This document shows positions 39,946 to 52,583 of a stretch of 64,000 nt of DNA, one piece after another. Made by a program: the position numbers and the translations under genes. How positions within the stretch are numbered: the stretch's first letter is position 1; each line of letters opens with the position of its first letter. Below the pieces are notes generated by a model. It made no database searches. It worked only from the letters and a program-made list of their open reading frames with translations, and was not told where the DNA came from. This stretch comes from Callorhinchus milii (Eukaryota): positions 93,498,001 to 93,562,000 of the forward strand of contig NW_024704742.1 of the NCBI RefSeq assembly GCF_018977255.1, written 5' to 3'.

Positions 39946-40233
39946 ATAATAATAATCTTTGCATTTGATATAGCGTCTTATCACGTCTTCCAGATGTCTC
40001 AAAGCACTTCACAGAATATACGGTAAATATATTCACCAATTGACTAACAACCGGGTTACTACTCACTGCTAGGTAAACAGATGTGTGTGGAGTACCTTCC
40101 CAACATATCACCCCACCCAAACTTGCCCAACGTTTCACCCTGCCCAAACTTCCCCAATGTTTCTGTAGGGAATCAAACCCAAGTCCTCTTGTTTGCGAGG
40201 CAAGTGCTCTAACCACTGATCTACAGGACTCCA
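39946..40233 (-). mobile_element. tRNA-derived SINE
   Basis: Reverse-complement head and (ATT)n tail as at 37935. Confidence 0.82.
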
Positions 40234-41052
40234 CAAATTACAGGACTACAATTAGCCCTGGTTCTCTCAGAGTTTGAGGAGGGTAAAACCAGTCAGGATA
40301 ACCGATCCCTGTTCAGCACCCTCGACTGGTGATGGATGTGTGTGGCAGCCAGGCAAAGAGATGTCAACTCCATCTGCTGACACCCACTGCTAAGGGCCAC
40401 ATAAACAATGGCCCCAATCTTGGGCGGGATTGAGCATAACTAACTCCTGTGGAAACGCGACACAAGAGAAGGCTGGCGACCAGGAGCAGAGACATGTTAG
40501 AAAAATAATTGGGCTGTAAAAACCCAAAACAAACTGCTCCCCTGAAAATGCTATTTTTATCAAAACAATAAGTATTTTCATCAGAAGAATAATTTTGAGA
40601 TAATCAAAAATGAAGAGTGCAAACTGGAACAAAGGGGATGGAAAATAATCATAACAAGTTAACTCCAAGTGGGTGACTAAAGTAACATTATTGACAGTAT
40701 CAAAGTGGTATGAAGTGTAATAAAGCAATAACATTCTGAAGCGTAATAAAGCAATAAAAAAGCATGGACTCTGTTGATTGATTGTGTCTCACCCTCCTAC
40801 CTCTACCGTTCCTGCCCTCCACACCTCCTGATCCCAACCCCCAGCTCGGATCTAAATCCTTGTCTGTTCAGCAGCTTAGGACGTCTTCCCAACATGAAAG
40901 GCGCTGTACAAATGTAATTTGTTGTTGGTGGTTGATTGATTAGAACCAGCTCTCTAGAGATCAATGCAGCTATTGCCATCCCTCGTGGGTGGCTTCATGC
41001 CAAGTGCAGCATGTGTAACAGACATGTATGTACTCTTGTCATTGCGTTCCAG

Positions 41053-41119
41053 GGATGCTTCATTTGGCACTTGCACGTACAATCTAACAGTTCTGGACTG
41101 TTTATGCGCAGTGAGCAAG
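41053..41119 (+). CDS. CDC14B: CDC14-family dual-specificity phosphatase internal exon (orphan; paralog uncertain, CDC14B by neighbourhood)
   Basis: TTCCAG| (R)[22 protein letters not shown] |GTAAG; 67 nt, phase 2 to 0; matches recalled CDC14A RDASFGNCTYNLTILDCL and CDC14B [23 protein letters not shown]. Confidence 0.8.
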
Positions 41120-41289
41120 GTAAGAATCCATTCTCTACTATCATTAACTGGGATTCTGTGAATATAGTGAGTAATATGGAATGAAGAAGTCTTGTGACCG
41201 TGCACTTCATGTTACCTCCACTGACAATTTTTTCGTCTTGTGCAATGTTCTCAATTATCAAATCTAACACGTTTAAAATTTCTTCCCAG

Positions 41290-41352
41290 GCTTTGCAGTA
41301 TGAATTCTTTGATTTCAATACATTTGATGTAGATGAATATGAACATTATGAG
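41290..41352 (+). CDS. CDC14B: CDC14-family next internal exon (orphan)
   Basis: [34 protein letters not shown]; 63 nt, phase 0 to 0; carries the CDC14 FD(V/L)DEYEHYE motif and is in frame with the previous exon. Confidence 0.85.
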
Positions 41353-42054
41353 GTTAGTGGATTTTTTCATGAATTAAGGAAGCACATTATTCAAATCATT
41401 TTCATTCTCCAGAGTTCGGTTGAATGACTGAAGTACTGTAAACCAAAATACTTTTGAGCTTTCTCCCTGTATCCCTTAATACCCCGACTTCAACCTAAGA
41501 CCTTCTAGCTCCCTATGCTTCATTCTGCAACTGGGCCATGTCTTTACCCACTAGGCCAATGGGCGACCAACCCCAAAGCCTTTAGATTTCTGAGCAAACT
41601 CCTGGAGCTTTACTTTAATCAGGCTCCAGACTTCTAGAAACTGGGATAAAGATCATCTTTTGTAAGGTTGGCCCAACCCTGCTTTCTGCTCATTGTGCAA
41701 TAGATTGTGCTTGCCTGGCAGAGAGTAACCCGATTGGGAACAGAGCTGAAGGAGCACCTTGTCCTGAGAGGCAGTGCAGACTGGATCATAATAATAATAA
41801 TCCTTGCATTTGTATTTTATGAGTCAAATAGCCCCATTCTGTGCTATAAAATTGTATTATTTTACACATTATCACCTGAGGCAATAGAAAATCCGGCGGA
41901 ATCCGCTATAAATACCTTCCTCCGCTACCAATGTTTCTGGCCCGAGGGGCCACTCGGTGGTCACCTGATGTCACTGTGGGCGGGGTGTCTCTGGACGCCC
42001 ATTTGCGGAACAAGCGGCCAATGGGCTTCACTTGGAGGCCGTGCTGTTATGGTT

Positions 42055-42225
42055 GTCTCTGTGTCTGTGTCTCTATGTGTGTGTCTGTCTGTGTCTCTAT
42101 GTGTGTTTGTGAGTGTCTGTGTGTCTCTGTGTGTGTGTGTGTGTCTCTATGTGTGTGTGTGTCTTTCTGTGACTATTTCTGTGTTTGTGAGTGTGTGTTT
42201 GTGTCTCTATCTGTGTGTGGTTGTT
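42055..42225 (+). repeat. (GT/CT)n low-complexity microsatellite
   Basis: Visible composition. Confidence 0.85.
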
Positions 42226-42237
42226 GACGTCTGTTGT

Positions 42238-43100
42238 GGATGACACACAAATCTACTTTGTCTCCTCCAGTACCAATTCCAGGTCTGCCAATGTTCTAAC
42301 AGCTTGTCTGGCAGACATCAGAGTCTGGAGGAGTGTAAACTTCCTGCAGCTGAATATGGACAAGACGGAAGCCATACTCCTTGGCTCCCATAAATATCTT
42401 CACTCCAGCGGATCTAAACTCCTCAATCTCCCTGGGTTCTCCCTCAGACTCACAAAACCAGTGCGCAATCTAGGCGTCTGGTTCGACCCCCAGCTGTCTT
42501 TCCTCCCCCACATCCAGTGCCTGAGCAGGACCATCATCTTCCATCTCCACCACATTGCCCACCTCTGACCGTACCTTACCCCAAATATTCCACTATTCAA
42601 AAGATCCAGCTCATTCAGAACTTTGCTGCCCATATACTGATCCGGACCAAACTCCGTACCCACATCTCAGCAGTTCTGGCCAGGCTCCACTGGCTCCCAT
42701 CACACTCTTGTGTGAGCCCGGGAGATCCTCACACTCTTGTTCAAATCCATTCACTCTCTGGCACTTCCCTACCTCTCCAACCTCCTCACTTCCCAATCCA
42801 CCACCCGGCGCCTCCGCTTGTCTGGCACTGGCCTCCTGCTCATCCCTCACACCCTCTGCCTCACCATCAGAGGTTGCGCTTTCAGCCACTATGCCCCGAA
42901 ACTCTGGAACACCCACCCTCAATCCCTCCGCCTTGCCCCTCTCTCCCCTTTTTCAAGTCCCACCTGAAGACCTTCCTCTTTGACCATGCTTAGGGCCACC
43001 TCCCCCATACCCCCAACTCGGAGTCAGGCTCCGCCACTGTTAGGCACTCTGAGACACTACCCACTGCGTGGAGGGCGCTATATAAGTGCAAGTTGTTGTT
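42238..43100 (+). mobile_element. L2-type LINE fragment, internally deleted
   Basis: DDTQIY...NFLQLNMDKTEAILLG...VRNLGVWFDPQLSF, then LARLHWLP...FKSHLKTFLFD and the tail. Confidence 0.9.
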
Positions 43101-43470
43101 ATGTGTGTCTCTCTATGTGTTTGTCAGTGTCTGTGTCCCTGTGTTTGTCTGTATGTGTCTCTCTGTGTGTCTGTGTTTGTTAAGTCTCTCTCCAAGTGTG
43201 TTTGTTAGTGTCTGTGTGTCTTTCTGTTTGTGAGTGTTATGTAAGTGTCTCTGTATAAGTGTCTGTGTGTTTGTCTCCGTTTGTATGTTTGTGAGCATGT
43301 CTGCGTGTGTCTCCTCTATATGTGTGTGTTTCTGAATGTCTCTATGTGAATGTGTATGTGTGCCTCTCCTCTGTCTGTGTGTGTATATCTCTGTGAGAAT
43401 GTGTGTCACTCTGTGTCTGGGAGTATGTGTGCCTTTCCCTGTGTGTGTGTGTGTGTATCTCTCTCTGGGT
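43101..43470 (+). repeat. (GT/CT)n low-complexity microsatellite
   Basis: Visible composition. Confidence 0.85.
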
Positions 43471-44313
43471 CTTTGGGTCTGTGGGCAGTGCCAACCCTGA
43501 GAGGCGGGAGGTGGTGAGCTCCTGTAGCCTCGCTGGTGACCCCCCGCCCCCCCAAAAAGGCCACCCCGTTCATGTTAAAGAAGTCATTAATACTTTTTTC
43601 GCAACAATCCAATATGTGTTATTTCCTTAAGTTCAATTTTTATCAATAAAGCGAAAAAATGTAGGTTGGCAGTAAAATGGACCTCAATAACACCAATTTT
43701 CTGCAAAATGTGGCAAAAAGTTCCAAGTCTCCCTGCAATTTTTATCAAACATTTCTGCACTTTTCTGTTGGCCCAGATTATCACCTACTTATCAGTCTGT
43801 ATCTGGGGTACTAATTGGTTAATTAATTTATATCAAGTTATTTCATTTCAATGGCAAATTGCACTTTAGATAGAACCTCTCATAAAGAATAGATATTTCT
43901 CGAAACAATGGGTAGATACATTAGTAGACACTAGGTTAGCAAAAGGGAGTTTTAAAGATGTAGCAATATACAGTAGAAATATTTTAAACAATAAAATTAA
44001 TTTCTACCGTAATTTGAATCTTACTTTATCCATAAACAGCAACTGTTGGATACAGAAATTGCATTCCTGAGCAATCCCTTTATAACTCACCTTTACTCAG
44101 GACATGATTACTCACCGAGAAATAATTGAAGTGAAAAATATTCTCAACACCAAAGCAAGGTCACCTCAAACAAAGCACTCTTATAAATTAGACCTCTGTG
44201 TTAACATTTTCAGAGTCTAATTTTATGTAAAACATTGTACACAAACTTTCAGGCTTAAGTACAATATCATGCAGACTGACAGAATAGATCAGGTGAAGGG
44301 CAAATGATGCGAC

Positions 44314-44424
44314 TTAGTAGGTTTGAGCTTCAGTTTCACAGGTCTTCTTCAAATAATTCAACAGAATCTCTTGGATGCTGTCAGTGTGCAGAATCCATTG
44401 AGGAATATTTTTGAGAACAAATCC
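44314..44424 (-). CDS. HSD17B3: 17-beta-hydroxysteroid dehydrogenase type 3, last coding exon
   Basis: TTTTAG| GFVLKNIPQWILHTDSIQEILLNYLKKTCETEAQTY*; phase 0; resembles the HSD17B3 C-terminus (GFLSLIPAW...). Confidence 0.82.
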   Translation of the reverse strand, partial: GFVLKNIPQWILHTDSIQEILLNYLKKTCETEAQTY

Positions 44425-44839
44425 CTAAAATACAATAAGACATGCATGTGCAATTTAAAAGATGTTCTTAATAACATACTGAAAATAATTTTCCATTGGA
44501 TTATTCAGTGCTGATAAATAGTCTAGCAATGCATCATAGCTAAGATACAATATTACATTTATATAACGCCTTTTATGTTGGGAGGAGTTGCAAGGTCTTG
44601 AACCTTGAACTAGATTAGCGAGCAAGCGAGTCGGAACTACTTCGGGAGGGAATTCGAGCGAGTTGGACAGATAGGTTGAAAGCCCGACTGCAGATTATGG
44701 GGTGGAGAACATGAAGCAGGGTGGTGTCCTCTGAACGAAGGGAGTGGCTGGGTTGGTATGGTTTGAGGAGATTGCAGAGAAAGGGTGAGGCAAGTCTTTG
44801 GAGGGATTTAAATGAATATTTGAAAGAATTATAGGTTAC

Positions 44840-44986
44840 CATAAATTCATGAGACAGAGATCCATGGAAGTTTCCAAGCCAAATACAGTCAAGTGATTGT
44901 TTCGCGTACAAATCCGCTGCCAGCATAAATGTCCCAGGTTTCGTATGCCTTGTCATTTGAGTAGAAACTGAAAAGGGCATTAAGCA
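44840..44986 (-). CDS. HSD17B3: HSD17B3 exon (10 by human numbering)
   Basis: TTGCAG| CLMPFSVSTQMTRHTKPGTFMLAADLYAKQSLDCIWLGNFHGSLSHEFM |GTAAC; 147 nt. Confidence 0.88.
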
Positions 44987-45260
44987 CTGCAAAATAAGAA
45001 GGTGAAAGGTTTTATTTGCAATCAGACTCCTGTTTACCCATACTCTAGCTAGAAAACAATAGAAAATACGTTCCTGGTTGTAAGGGAACTCACATTCTAG
45101 AAGCACCTCCATTTGCCATATGTGATAAAACGTGTGAAGCTGTTTCTCAACCTCAGTCATTTTCAAACTGAGTTGTTTCAAACTGAAATATATTGACTAT
45201 CACCTCAGGATATATTTCAAACAGCAACTGAAAGTAGCAGAAGGTTTGCTAGTTAAATGA

Positions 45261-46254
45261 TTAAAAGTAGCTTTGCTGGATGGGCTGAGGTTAGCTTCTG
45301 ATTACATTTCATATTTTCCTGGGAAGATGTTCACTCCTCTGAGATAATGAGTAATCAGGTCCGTGAACACAGACGTGGGTACAGTGGACCTCAGAAAGAA
45401 AATGCTATAGCCTCAGACACCTGCCTATCTTAAGCCTGAGAAACAAGCAGGCTGTGGAAGGCTGCCCAGAAGTTATCCATATCTCTCTGCAAAGCAGCCT
45501 GAGAAGGGTGGGGGTTATCTCTGTGACAAGGGGAGGTGGAGGTGGAAACATATAAAAGATGTAACTTTGGAATAGTTGGAGTTGTGTAGAGGGTCAGTAC
45601 ACTTCCTAGTGGAATCAATATCGATTCTACTGTATCGATGTACAGGGGTGAAGAAATTTACCTCCAGTAAGAAAGTGACCATTAAAAGTTAACGAGGAGG
45701 AATAGTGGGTAATATGGTTTTGGTACTGTTTGGTAGGCAGGGAAGTAATAACGGTAGTAGCGGTTGGTCCAGGGAAACCCAGAAGTCAGATTAGGCAGTA
45801 CGAGTTGGGTGCTGGGCTAATAGCTGGTTGAGTTTACTGGAGCCACTCTCTGATTTGTCATATTATTGTTAATTGAACAGTGTCTGCGTATGACGGTTGG
45901 GTCCGAAGGTTTACCGGATGCCAGTCCCTGTTTAGGGTTGGTATTATGAGAGTCAGTTGTCTCCAAGGGGTAGTTCCAGGGGCTGATCTCTCCAGTGTAT
46001 GACAATATGTGATCCCAGGTCTACTGTTTAGTCTGGAGTATAAAATAGCTCCTGGATACGTGTCGTCATCCCTGTATTCTCAGTACTACTGTTTGGTCTG
46101 GAGTACGGAACAATGTCTGGATTTGTCTGTTTCGTATATTTGTGTCGTATTATTATTGTGTTGTATGTCATAACGTTAATTAGATTGTGAGCTTTACTAT
46201 TTGTTTTATAAAATAAACGCTATACTCTTACCACCACCTGTTGAATTATTAACA
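45261..46254 (+). mobile_element. Solo LTR-like element related to the intron-2 ERV LTRs
   Basis: 45265-45590 is the reverse complement of ~18020-18392, and 45602-45640 of ~15248-15290; TATAAAA at 45551; AATAAA at ~46212; ends ...TTAACA. The right boundary is inferred. Confidence 0.65.
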
Positions 46255-46499
46255 GAGTGAATGGAGTGGAAGACACATTTTGCTAGTGTGCCAGTCTTGG
46301 ACCCACAAACCATCCATAAACTCTCACCTCCAGCAAGGTTTGCACAACATAACATGGGTGCTTTTGTTTGAGTCCTCTAGAAAGGAGAGTTGTGAGAGCC
46401 TCATTTTAGCAGAAAGCCCAGCATTGAGGAGGGAACTGAGTGAGGTGGAACAGAATGAGAAGTCTATGCAGGAATTTAGTGAGAATTATTCAGCAAGAG

Positions 46500-48190
46500 A
46501 GATATGAGAGAGCAAGAGAGAACTCTTTCAATCAGCAGAAGAATGGGAAATCTTTCTTGAGGTAGAGACAACCTTATATGTAAGCGGGCAAACAAGTCAA
46601 TTAGCAGTTAATCCTAGGCCAGGTATTGGGGATTAATAAATTTGCTGACAAGTCAAAACTGGGCACTTCTGTTTGAGTCCTATATAAAGGGGAAGACTTG
46701 TGAGAGCCTCACTGAGCAGAGAGCTCAGCAGAGTGAGAATTCTGCTAAGGAATTTTATGAGCGTGGGAAAGAGGTGCATAATTATAAAATATACAATAGT
46801 TATATTAAAATAATATAAAACATGTCTGGGAATATAGCAGGGCAACTGTGACTGGTTCCAAGCACAATGTGTGCTTGATGGGAACTCCAGGATGCTTTGC
46901 GTGCCCTGGACAAATACGTGTGTAAGAAGTGCCTCTGGCTGCTTGAGCTCAGGGTTTCTGAGCTTGAGGAGAGGCTGGGGTCACTATATAGCATATAGAA
47001 GGCTAAAGAGTTCATGGATCGAATGTTTCAGGAGGTGGTCACCCCACTGCCACAAAGAATTCAGAAGGAGAATGAATGGGTGACCACCTGACACGGTAGG
47101 AAGAGGGGATGGGCAGTGCAGAAATCCCCTGAGAGTGTGGCACTCATAAACCAGTTTTCTGTACTGAATACTGGTCAGGGTGATGACACCTCTCGGGAGG
47201 GGAGTCAAAAGCAAATGGATGCACAGGGGGACACAGGGAAGTGTATCAATGCAATTGTCATTAGGGACACAATGGAGAAAATAGACAGCCGTTTTTGCAA
47301 CCAAAGACGTGACTCTTGCATGGTATGTTGCCTCCCTGGTGCCAGGGTTGAAGACATCATGGAATCGGTGCAAAACGCAGTAAACAGTGAGGTGGATAGT
47401 AGCAGACTGTAAGAGAACATAGACAGACTGGTAAAATGGGCAGACATGTGGCAGATGGAAGTTTAATGTGGAGAAATACAAAGTGATGCATTTTATGAGG
47501 AGACCTGGGGGTTCACATAATTAAGTCTTTGAAGATGCCTGGACAGGTAGATAAAGCTGTTAAAAAAGCATACGGAATACTAGGCTTTATAAATGGAGGC
47601 ATAGAATACAAAAGTCAGGAAGTTATGATAAACCTTTATAAAACAGTGGTTAGGCCTCAGTTCTGGCTACCACATTTTAGGAAAGATGTCAAGACATTGG
47701 AGAGGGTGGAAAGGAGATTTACCAGGATGGTGCCAGGAATGAGGGACTTCAGTTATCAGGAGAGGCTACAGAAGCTAGGATTATTCTCCATGGATCAGAG
47801 GAGGTTAAGGGGAGACTTAATAGAAGCTTTCAAAATTATGAGGGGATTCGATGGGGTGAACAAAGAGAAACTATTTCCTCTGGAGGGTGGGTCGGTAACC
47901 CGAGGACACCGATTTAAAATAGTTGTTAAAAGAAACAGAAGGGAGGTGAGGAGAAATGTTTTGACACTGCGAGTTGTTCAGAGCTGGAATGCATTGCCTA
48001 AAAGGGTGTTGGAAGCCGATTTGATAACAACTTTTAAGAGAGAAATAGATAATTATTTGGGGAGAACAAGTTTGTAGGGCTATGGGGAGAGCGCGGGGGA
48101 GTGGGATTGATTTGGATAGCTTTTTCAAAGAGCCGGCAAAGACACGATGGACCGAATGGCCTCCTTCTGTGCTGTATAATTCAATGATAA
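46500..48190 (+). mobile_element. CR1 LINE with 5'UTR/ORF1 remnant joined to the ORF2 3' end
   Basis: ORF1-like VCKKC..LELRVSELEERL, VALINQFSVL, MVCCLPGARVEDI (46850-47360), then ORF2 end GILGFINGGIEYKSQEVMINLYKTVVRPQ...WNALP and the CR1 tail. Confidence 0.88.
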
Positions 48191-48724
48191 TATGTATCTG
48201 TCTTATCATTGTAAAACGTTAGAACTTACTCCAGTGTAAAAGCTGTATAAAAGCATTTGAGTTCAGGCCATATTCCTTTTCAGAGATTAATTCCAGCTCT
48301 CATTCTATGTTTCTCACTTTGTTACTATCTCACTCAAGTGCTGCTTCTCTCTAGTTTTGCCTAACTGGTATGATTCTCTCTGTTTTCAGGTTAACAATCT
48401 GCCCAATCTCAGAGGTGGGTGCCAAATGGAGGCCATGTTTTTGGCAATAGACAAGGAATTAAAAGTTATAAAATGAGCCACCTTAGCCATGCCTCCTACT
48501 CCTCTAAATAGACACAAGTAGAAGCATTGCACAAGTTCCTGTTGAAAGCACAGCCTCATGACACCTGGCAATGGGGGGTAAGTTCTGCCTGAAATAGTCA
48601 GAAGAAAAAACAAAATACAGCTGAAAATTGTCAGCAGTGGAAATCAACACGGTTTCACTCAACAATCCACAGGCTGCTTTTGGGTCTTAATATTAACCAA
48701 TGACAAATCCCAAACATTTTGTAT

Positions 48725-49175
48725 CTGAGCTCCGTGACCCACTTAACTCCATCCTTGCCAGGCTTCACTGGTTCCCATTCGTGCAAAGGTTCAAGTTCAA
48801 TATCCTCGTCCTCACCTTTAAAGTTCTCCATGGTCTTGCTACTCCCTACCTTTGCGACTTATTAAACGTTTACCAATCTATCCTCTCAGCAGGCACTGGC
48901 TTCTCCTTAGTCCCTGCCCGTCCCACCCCACCATCAGCAGTTGGGCTTTTCACCCGCCACCCTTTGGAACTCCATTTTAGAGTCCTTCCGCCTTTCCCTC
49001 TCCCTTGCCTCCTTCCCAAGATCTTCCTCCTCGACCATGCATTTGGTCACCTCCCCTGCTCTCCAACCCTCTTGATTCCAAACCCCAGCTCAGATGCAAA
49101 CCTTTTAAGTCCAGTGCCTTGGGATGTTCCACCAACGTGAAAGGTACTCGCTAAATGCAATTTGTTGTTGTTGCT
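48725..49175 (+). mobile_element. L2-type LINE 3' fragment
   Basis: LARLHWFPFVQRFKFNILVLTFKVLHGLATPYL and (TTG)n tail. Confidence 0.85.
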
Positions 49176-50628
49176 GTTGGCTGGAGGTTTTGCATTACAC
49201 AAAATTCTACATACTTCCAAGTATTAAGTTTTTATAACCAAGCTCAGACTGCCATTGTGGGAGGCAGAACACAACTAGTTGAAGTGCTGTTGCCTAATAA
49301 GGATCCATAATGATGTTAAGTGAATTGCTTCAAATCATTTGTCTCAATAATTCCTGCAAACTAATCTCTAAGAAGGCCATTATATATCAAGATTTGAACA
49401 TTTATCAAAGAGAAAATGTTAAAGACAAAACATCTGACTTTTCTGAAGGGAGGATGTTGACACCTTTTAAATTCAGTCTATACACTACATATCTAGATGG
49501 TGAATGGGTGGATACAAACATTTAATAATATTGTACTTCAGTATTGTAAATATTCTACAGAGGAAACCTTGACACGTACAATTATATCATCCAAAGATAT
49601 ATTTGAACCACAGCTGTAGTACTTAAAGTAAAGTTGTTTTGGTTAGCCAGGTGTCTGACACACGTGAAAACCAATCACCATAAGAGTATCCAAACCAAAT
49701 GGAGTTCCATGTATCCCACCTATATGAATAATCTTTGCTTACTCCATGTGTAGGTGGGATGATTTAGATACTCTTAAGCATGGCGATGGAAATTTCACAG
49801 ATGTTTATTGGAATGGAGTGTACACTCCTTCCCTGAAGGGACACATCCTGCTTACCTAATTCCAGAAAGTATTAGGTGCAGGTTGACAAGAGCCAAGGCT
49901 TGGGGACGTTAAGAGTATGCGTTGGGGTATTGCTGGAGTCTAACCAGCTTAAAAACGCATGGCTTGCCATTGAGAGCAATGCCTGATAAGATTTCCTGCT
50001 GCTTGTCCAGCTAGTACCACCCTACCTGTTAGGGCTTTGGCTTGCAGGATTAACAGGAGCTGAATGGGAGGATTTCCTGCCCCCAGTGACTGGTCGGCAA
50101 GTCCTACTGATGAGCCAGGGTGGCTGTGCTGTCATGCGTATTCTTACCTTCCCCTCCTCCCGGAAGTAAATTTAAAGGTAGACAGACATACAACCCTGAG
50201 TCGACCTAACAGAATATTTATTTTACACAGAATCACAAAAGCTCTCTCATTGAAATTTTGCCAACTGGTTGCTCATCCAACCTTTTCTTCAGTCTGTCCA
50301 GCCGCTTTTTGCCAGATCTCATCCAATTACCTTCTCTTTTTTCGGCCATAGCACAAAATTGTTCTGGAAATCAGCATAGATATTAAGTAAATCATTGCAA
50401 AAAAGCTGTCTGCAATAAGTTTATCCTTTGTTGCCCGCTGGTATTAGGACACTGTAAGTGCAGGTATCTTCTTTAAAAAGGTATTGATGAAAATTGCTCT
50501 CTGGCCAATTCCATATAGATTTGACCCCATTGTTTGACAAACACGTGGTGCTAGGTATTATTGCAAAAATGGAACAAAACCAATGCCTTTTTATTCATTT
50601 CAAACATAGGAATAAATCTGATAATTAC

Positions 50629-50694
50629 CTGTATGATAATTCCTTTGGAGCCATATTCTGCTTTGCACGCATTGGAGAACCTTTCCATAAAAAT
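50629..50694 (-). CDS. HSD17B3: HSD17B3 exon (9)
   Basis: TTTTAG| IFMERFSNACKAEYGSKGIIIQ |GTAAT; 66 nt, phase 0 to 0. Confidence 0.92.
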
Positions 50695-50778
50695 CTAAAA
50701 AATAAATTTATTGAGAAAAATAACTTGTTGCTTTCAGCCTTGAAATTATATTTGGACTATTCTGCAAGTTATTATAAT

Positions 50779-51083
50779 TAATAATAATAATAATCATCCT
50801 TGCATTTGATATAGCGCTTTTCACGTCGGGAGGACGTCCCAAAGCGCTTCACAGAACACACTGTAAAGTGAACTGACTGTATATTTGTGGGCGAACGCGG
50901 CAGCCAATTGCACACAGCAATGTCCCACAAACAGTCGTAGATTGAAAATGACCAATTTATTATTATTTGTTTTGGAGGCGTGTGGAGTAAGGAAACTTGC
51001 CCAAGGTTTCGCCCTGCCTGGAATTGAACTCGAGTCTCTTGCTTGCAAAGCGAGTGCTCTAACGACTGAGCTACAGGACTCCA
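50779..51083 (-). mobile_element. tRNA-derived SINE, near-identical to the 37935 copy
   Basis: Reverse complement aligns over almost the full length. Confidence 0.92.
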
Positions 51084-52063
51084 CAAATTATAAATAATTT
51101 GTAAAGAATGTGTAATAAATAAGGATTATAATAAAAGAACAGTAATCATATTATTTGAGTAGAGAGGCTTGGGAAGGGTTTAAAATTGGGTTGCAATTTT
51201 GCAGTGCTTTAACAGATAATGCCCTAAATGTCAAATGTTATAATAAAAAGTTGTTCTTGTGGCTGGAATTTTTTTAAAAAAGGCTCATTTTTTTTATACA
51301 TGTAGAAAAATATGATGGTCAAAACAAGTGGGAAGCCTGAGGGACAAACCAAAGTGTAGGGATGGGGCAGGAAGAAGGGTTGATCAGTCAAAAGAAATTT
51401 AAAGGATGCCTTTTATCATATTCCTACTGTTTCTTAATTAATTGCTGGCATTAATTAATGAATAGAACAATAATCCTTATTTGTAGGACATGTGGCAGCC
51501 AACGTACACATGGAGAGGTCCCACAAATAGCCATGATGTGAGTGATCAATTTATTTGGCAGTTATATTGGTCAGGAGATTGGGAGAAACTCCCCTCTCTT
51601 TGTGAATAGTACCATGGGATCTTAAGGTCTATGGAAACTACCACCTAGAGCATGTGCAATATGTTAGTTGACAAAAGCAGGGGAGGCACCAGAACAGATC
51701 CAATCACAGATGATTGTTATTTTGTTGAGGTTGTCCAGGCAAAACTATACTCTGCACAAGAATTAAACTTACAGGCATGTCCAAGAATTGTCTTTTAAAC
51801 AATGCAGTGGGGTTTTAGAATTGTAACAGAACCTGTTGGATTAAAAGTGCTTCCAAAGGGAGAAAAGATAAAAAGACTGAAATTTTTTTTTAAAAAAAAG
51901 TATTTTTCCCCTGTAAATTGCCCAGGCTTAAAATATTTATCCATTACCTCATGAGTTTCATAGTTACCAAAATTACTACATTCTCACAGCTACATGAAAA
52001 AAAGCCCTAGGCTTTTTGGCAATGTGACTACTAGATGGTAACTTTTTTAAAAAGAAAACTCAC

Positions 52064-52145
52064 CTTAGAAGAATTGTACAAGCAGTAGAGAGGAACTGCA
52101 TCAACGGTCAGACCAGAAGATATGTTCAGTATCAGCCCCTTCTGT
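52064..52145 (-). CDS. HSD17B3: HSD17B3 exon (8), catalytic YxxxK
   Basis: TTTTAG| (R)QKGLILNISSGLTVDAVPLYCLYNSSK |GTGAGT; 82 nt; SDR Ser and YNSSK motifs. Confidence 0.95.
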
Positions 52146-52583
52146 CTAAAAACACAATATTTGGTTTGCATAATATATCACTGCACAAGCTTTGTAAAGA
52201 GAAGGTATAAAACGGACGTGATAAAGCACTATATCAAATGCAAGAATTTTTTTTATTATTATCCTGGAGCAATTTTTCATTCTCTTCTCAGAAAATGGTC
52301 ATACTGGAGAATTTCTAATTTTCAAAACAGAATTCATGCGATATCAAACATTGGTTGTGAACTGTTGCAAATACATATTCAACAATTTAAATCTTTCCCC
52401 AACCCAAATTGGTCAGACATTGGTCTTAAAAGAAATACATTCCTATAACTTCACTGGTTAGTCCAAAGTACCAGTTCATGGAACAACCTAAACTTGAAAA
52501 TACCTTTTGCAATTTAAAAAAATTCACAAGCTGGTAGAGATGCAGTTGAGACTCCTTTGCGATACCTACAATACAAAATTACA

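Noticed and set aside
48386..48613. Minus-strand ORF with a plausible acceptor in an HSD17B3 intron
   Set aside because: No recognisable homology, and HSD17B3 exons 9 and 10 already join in frame without it
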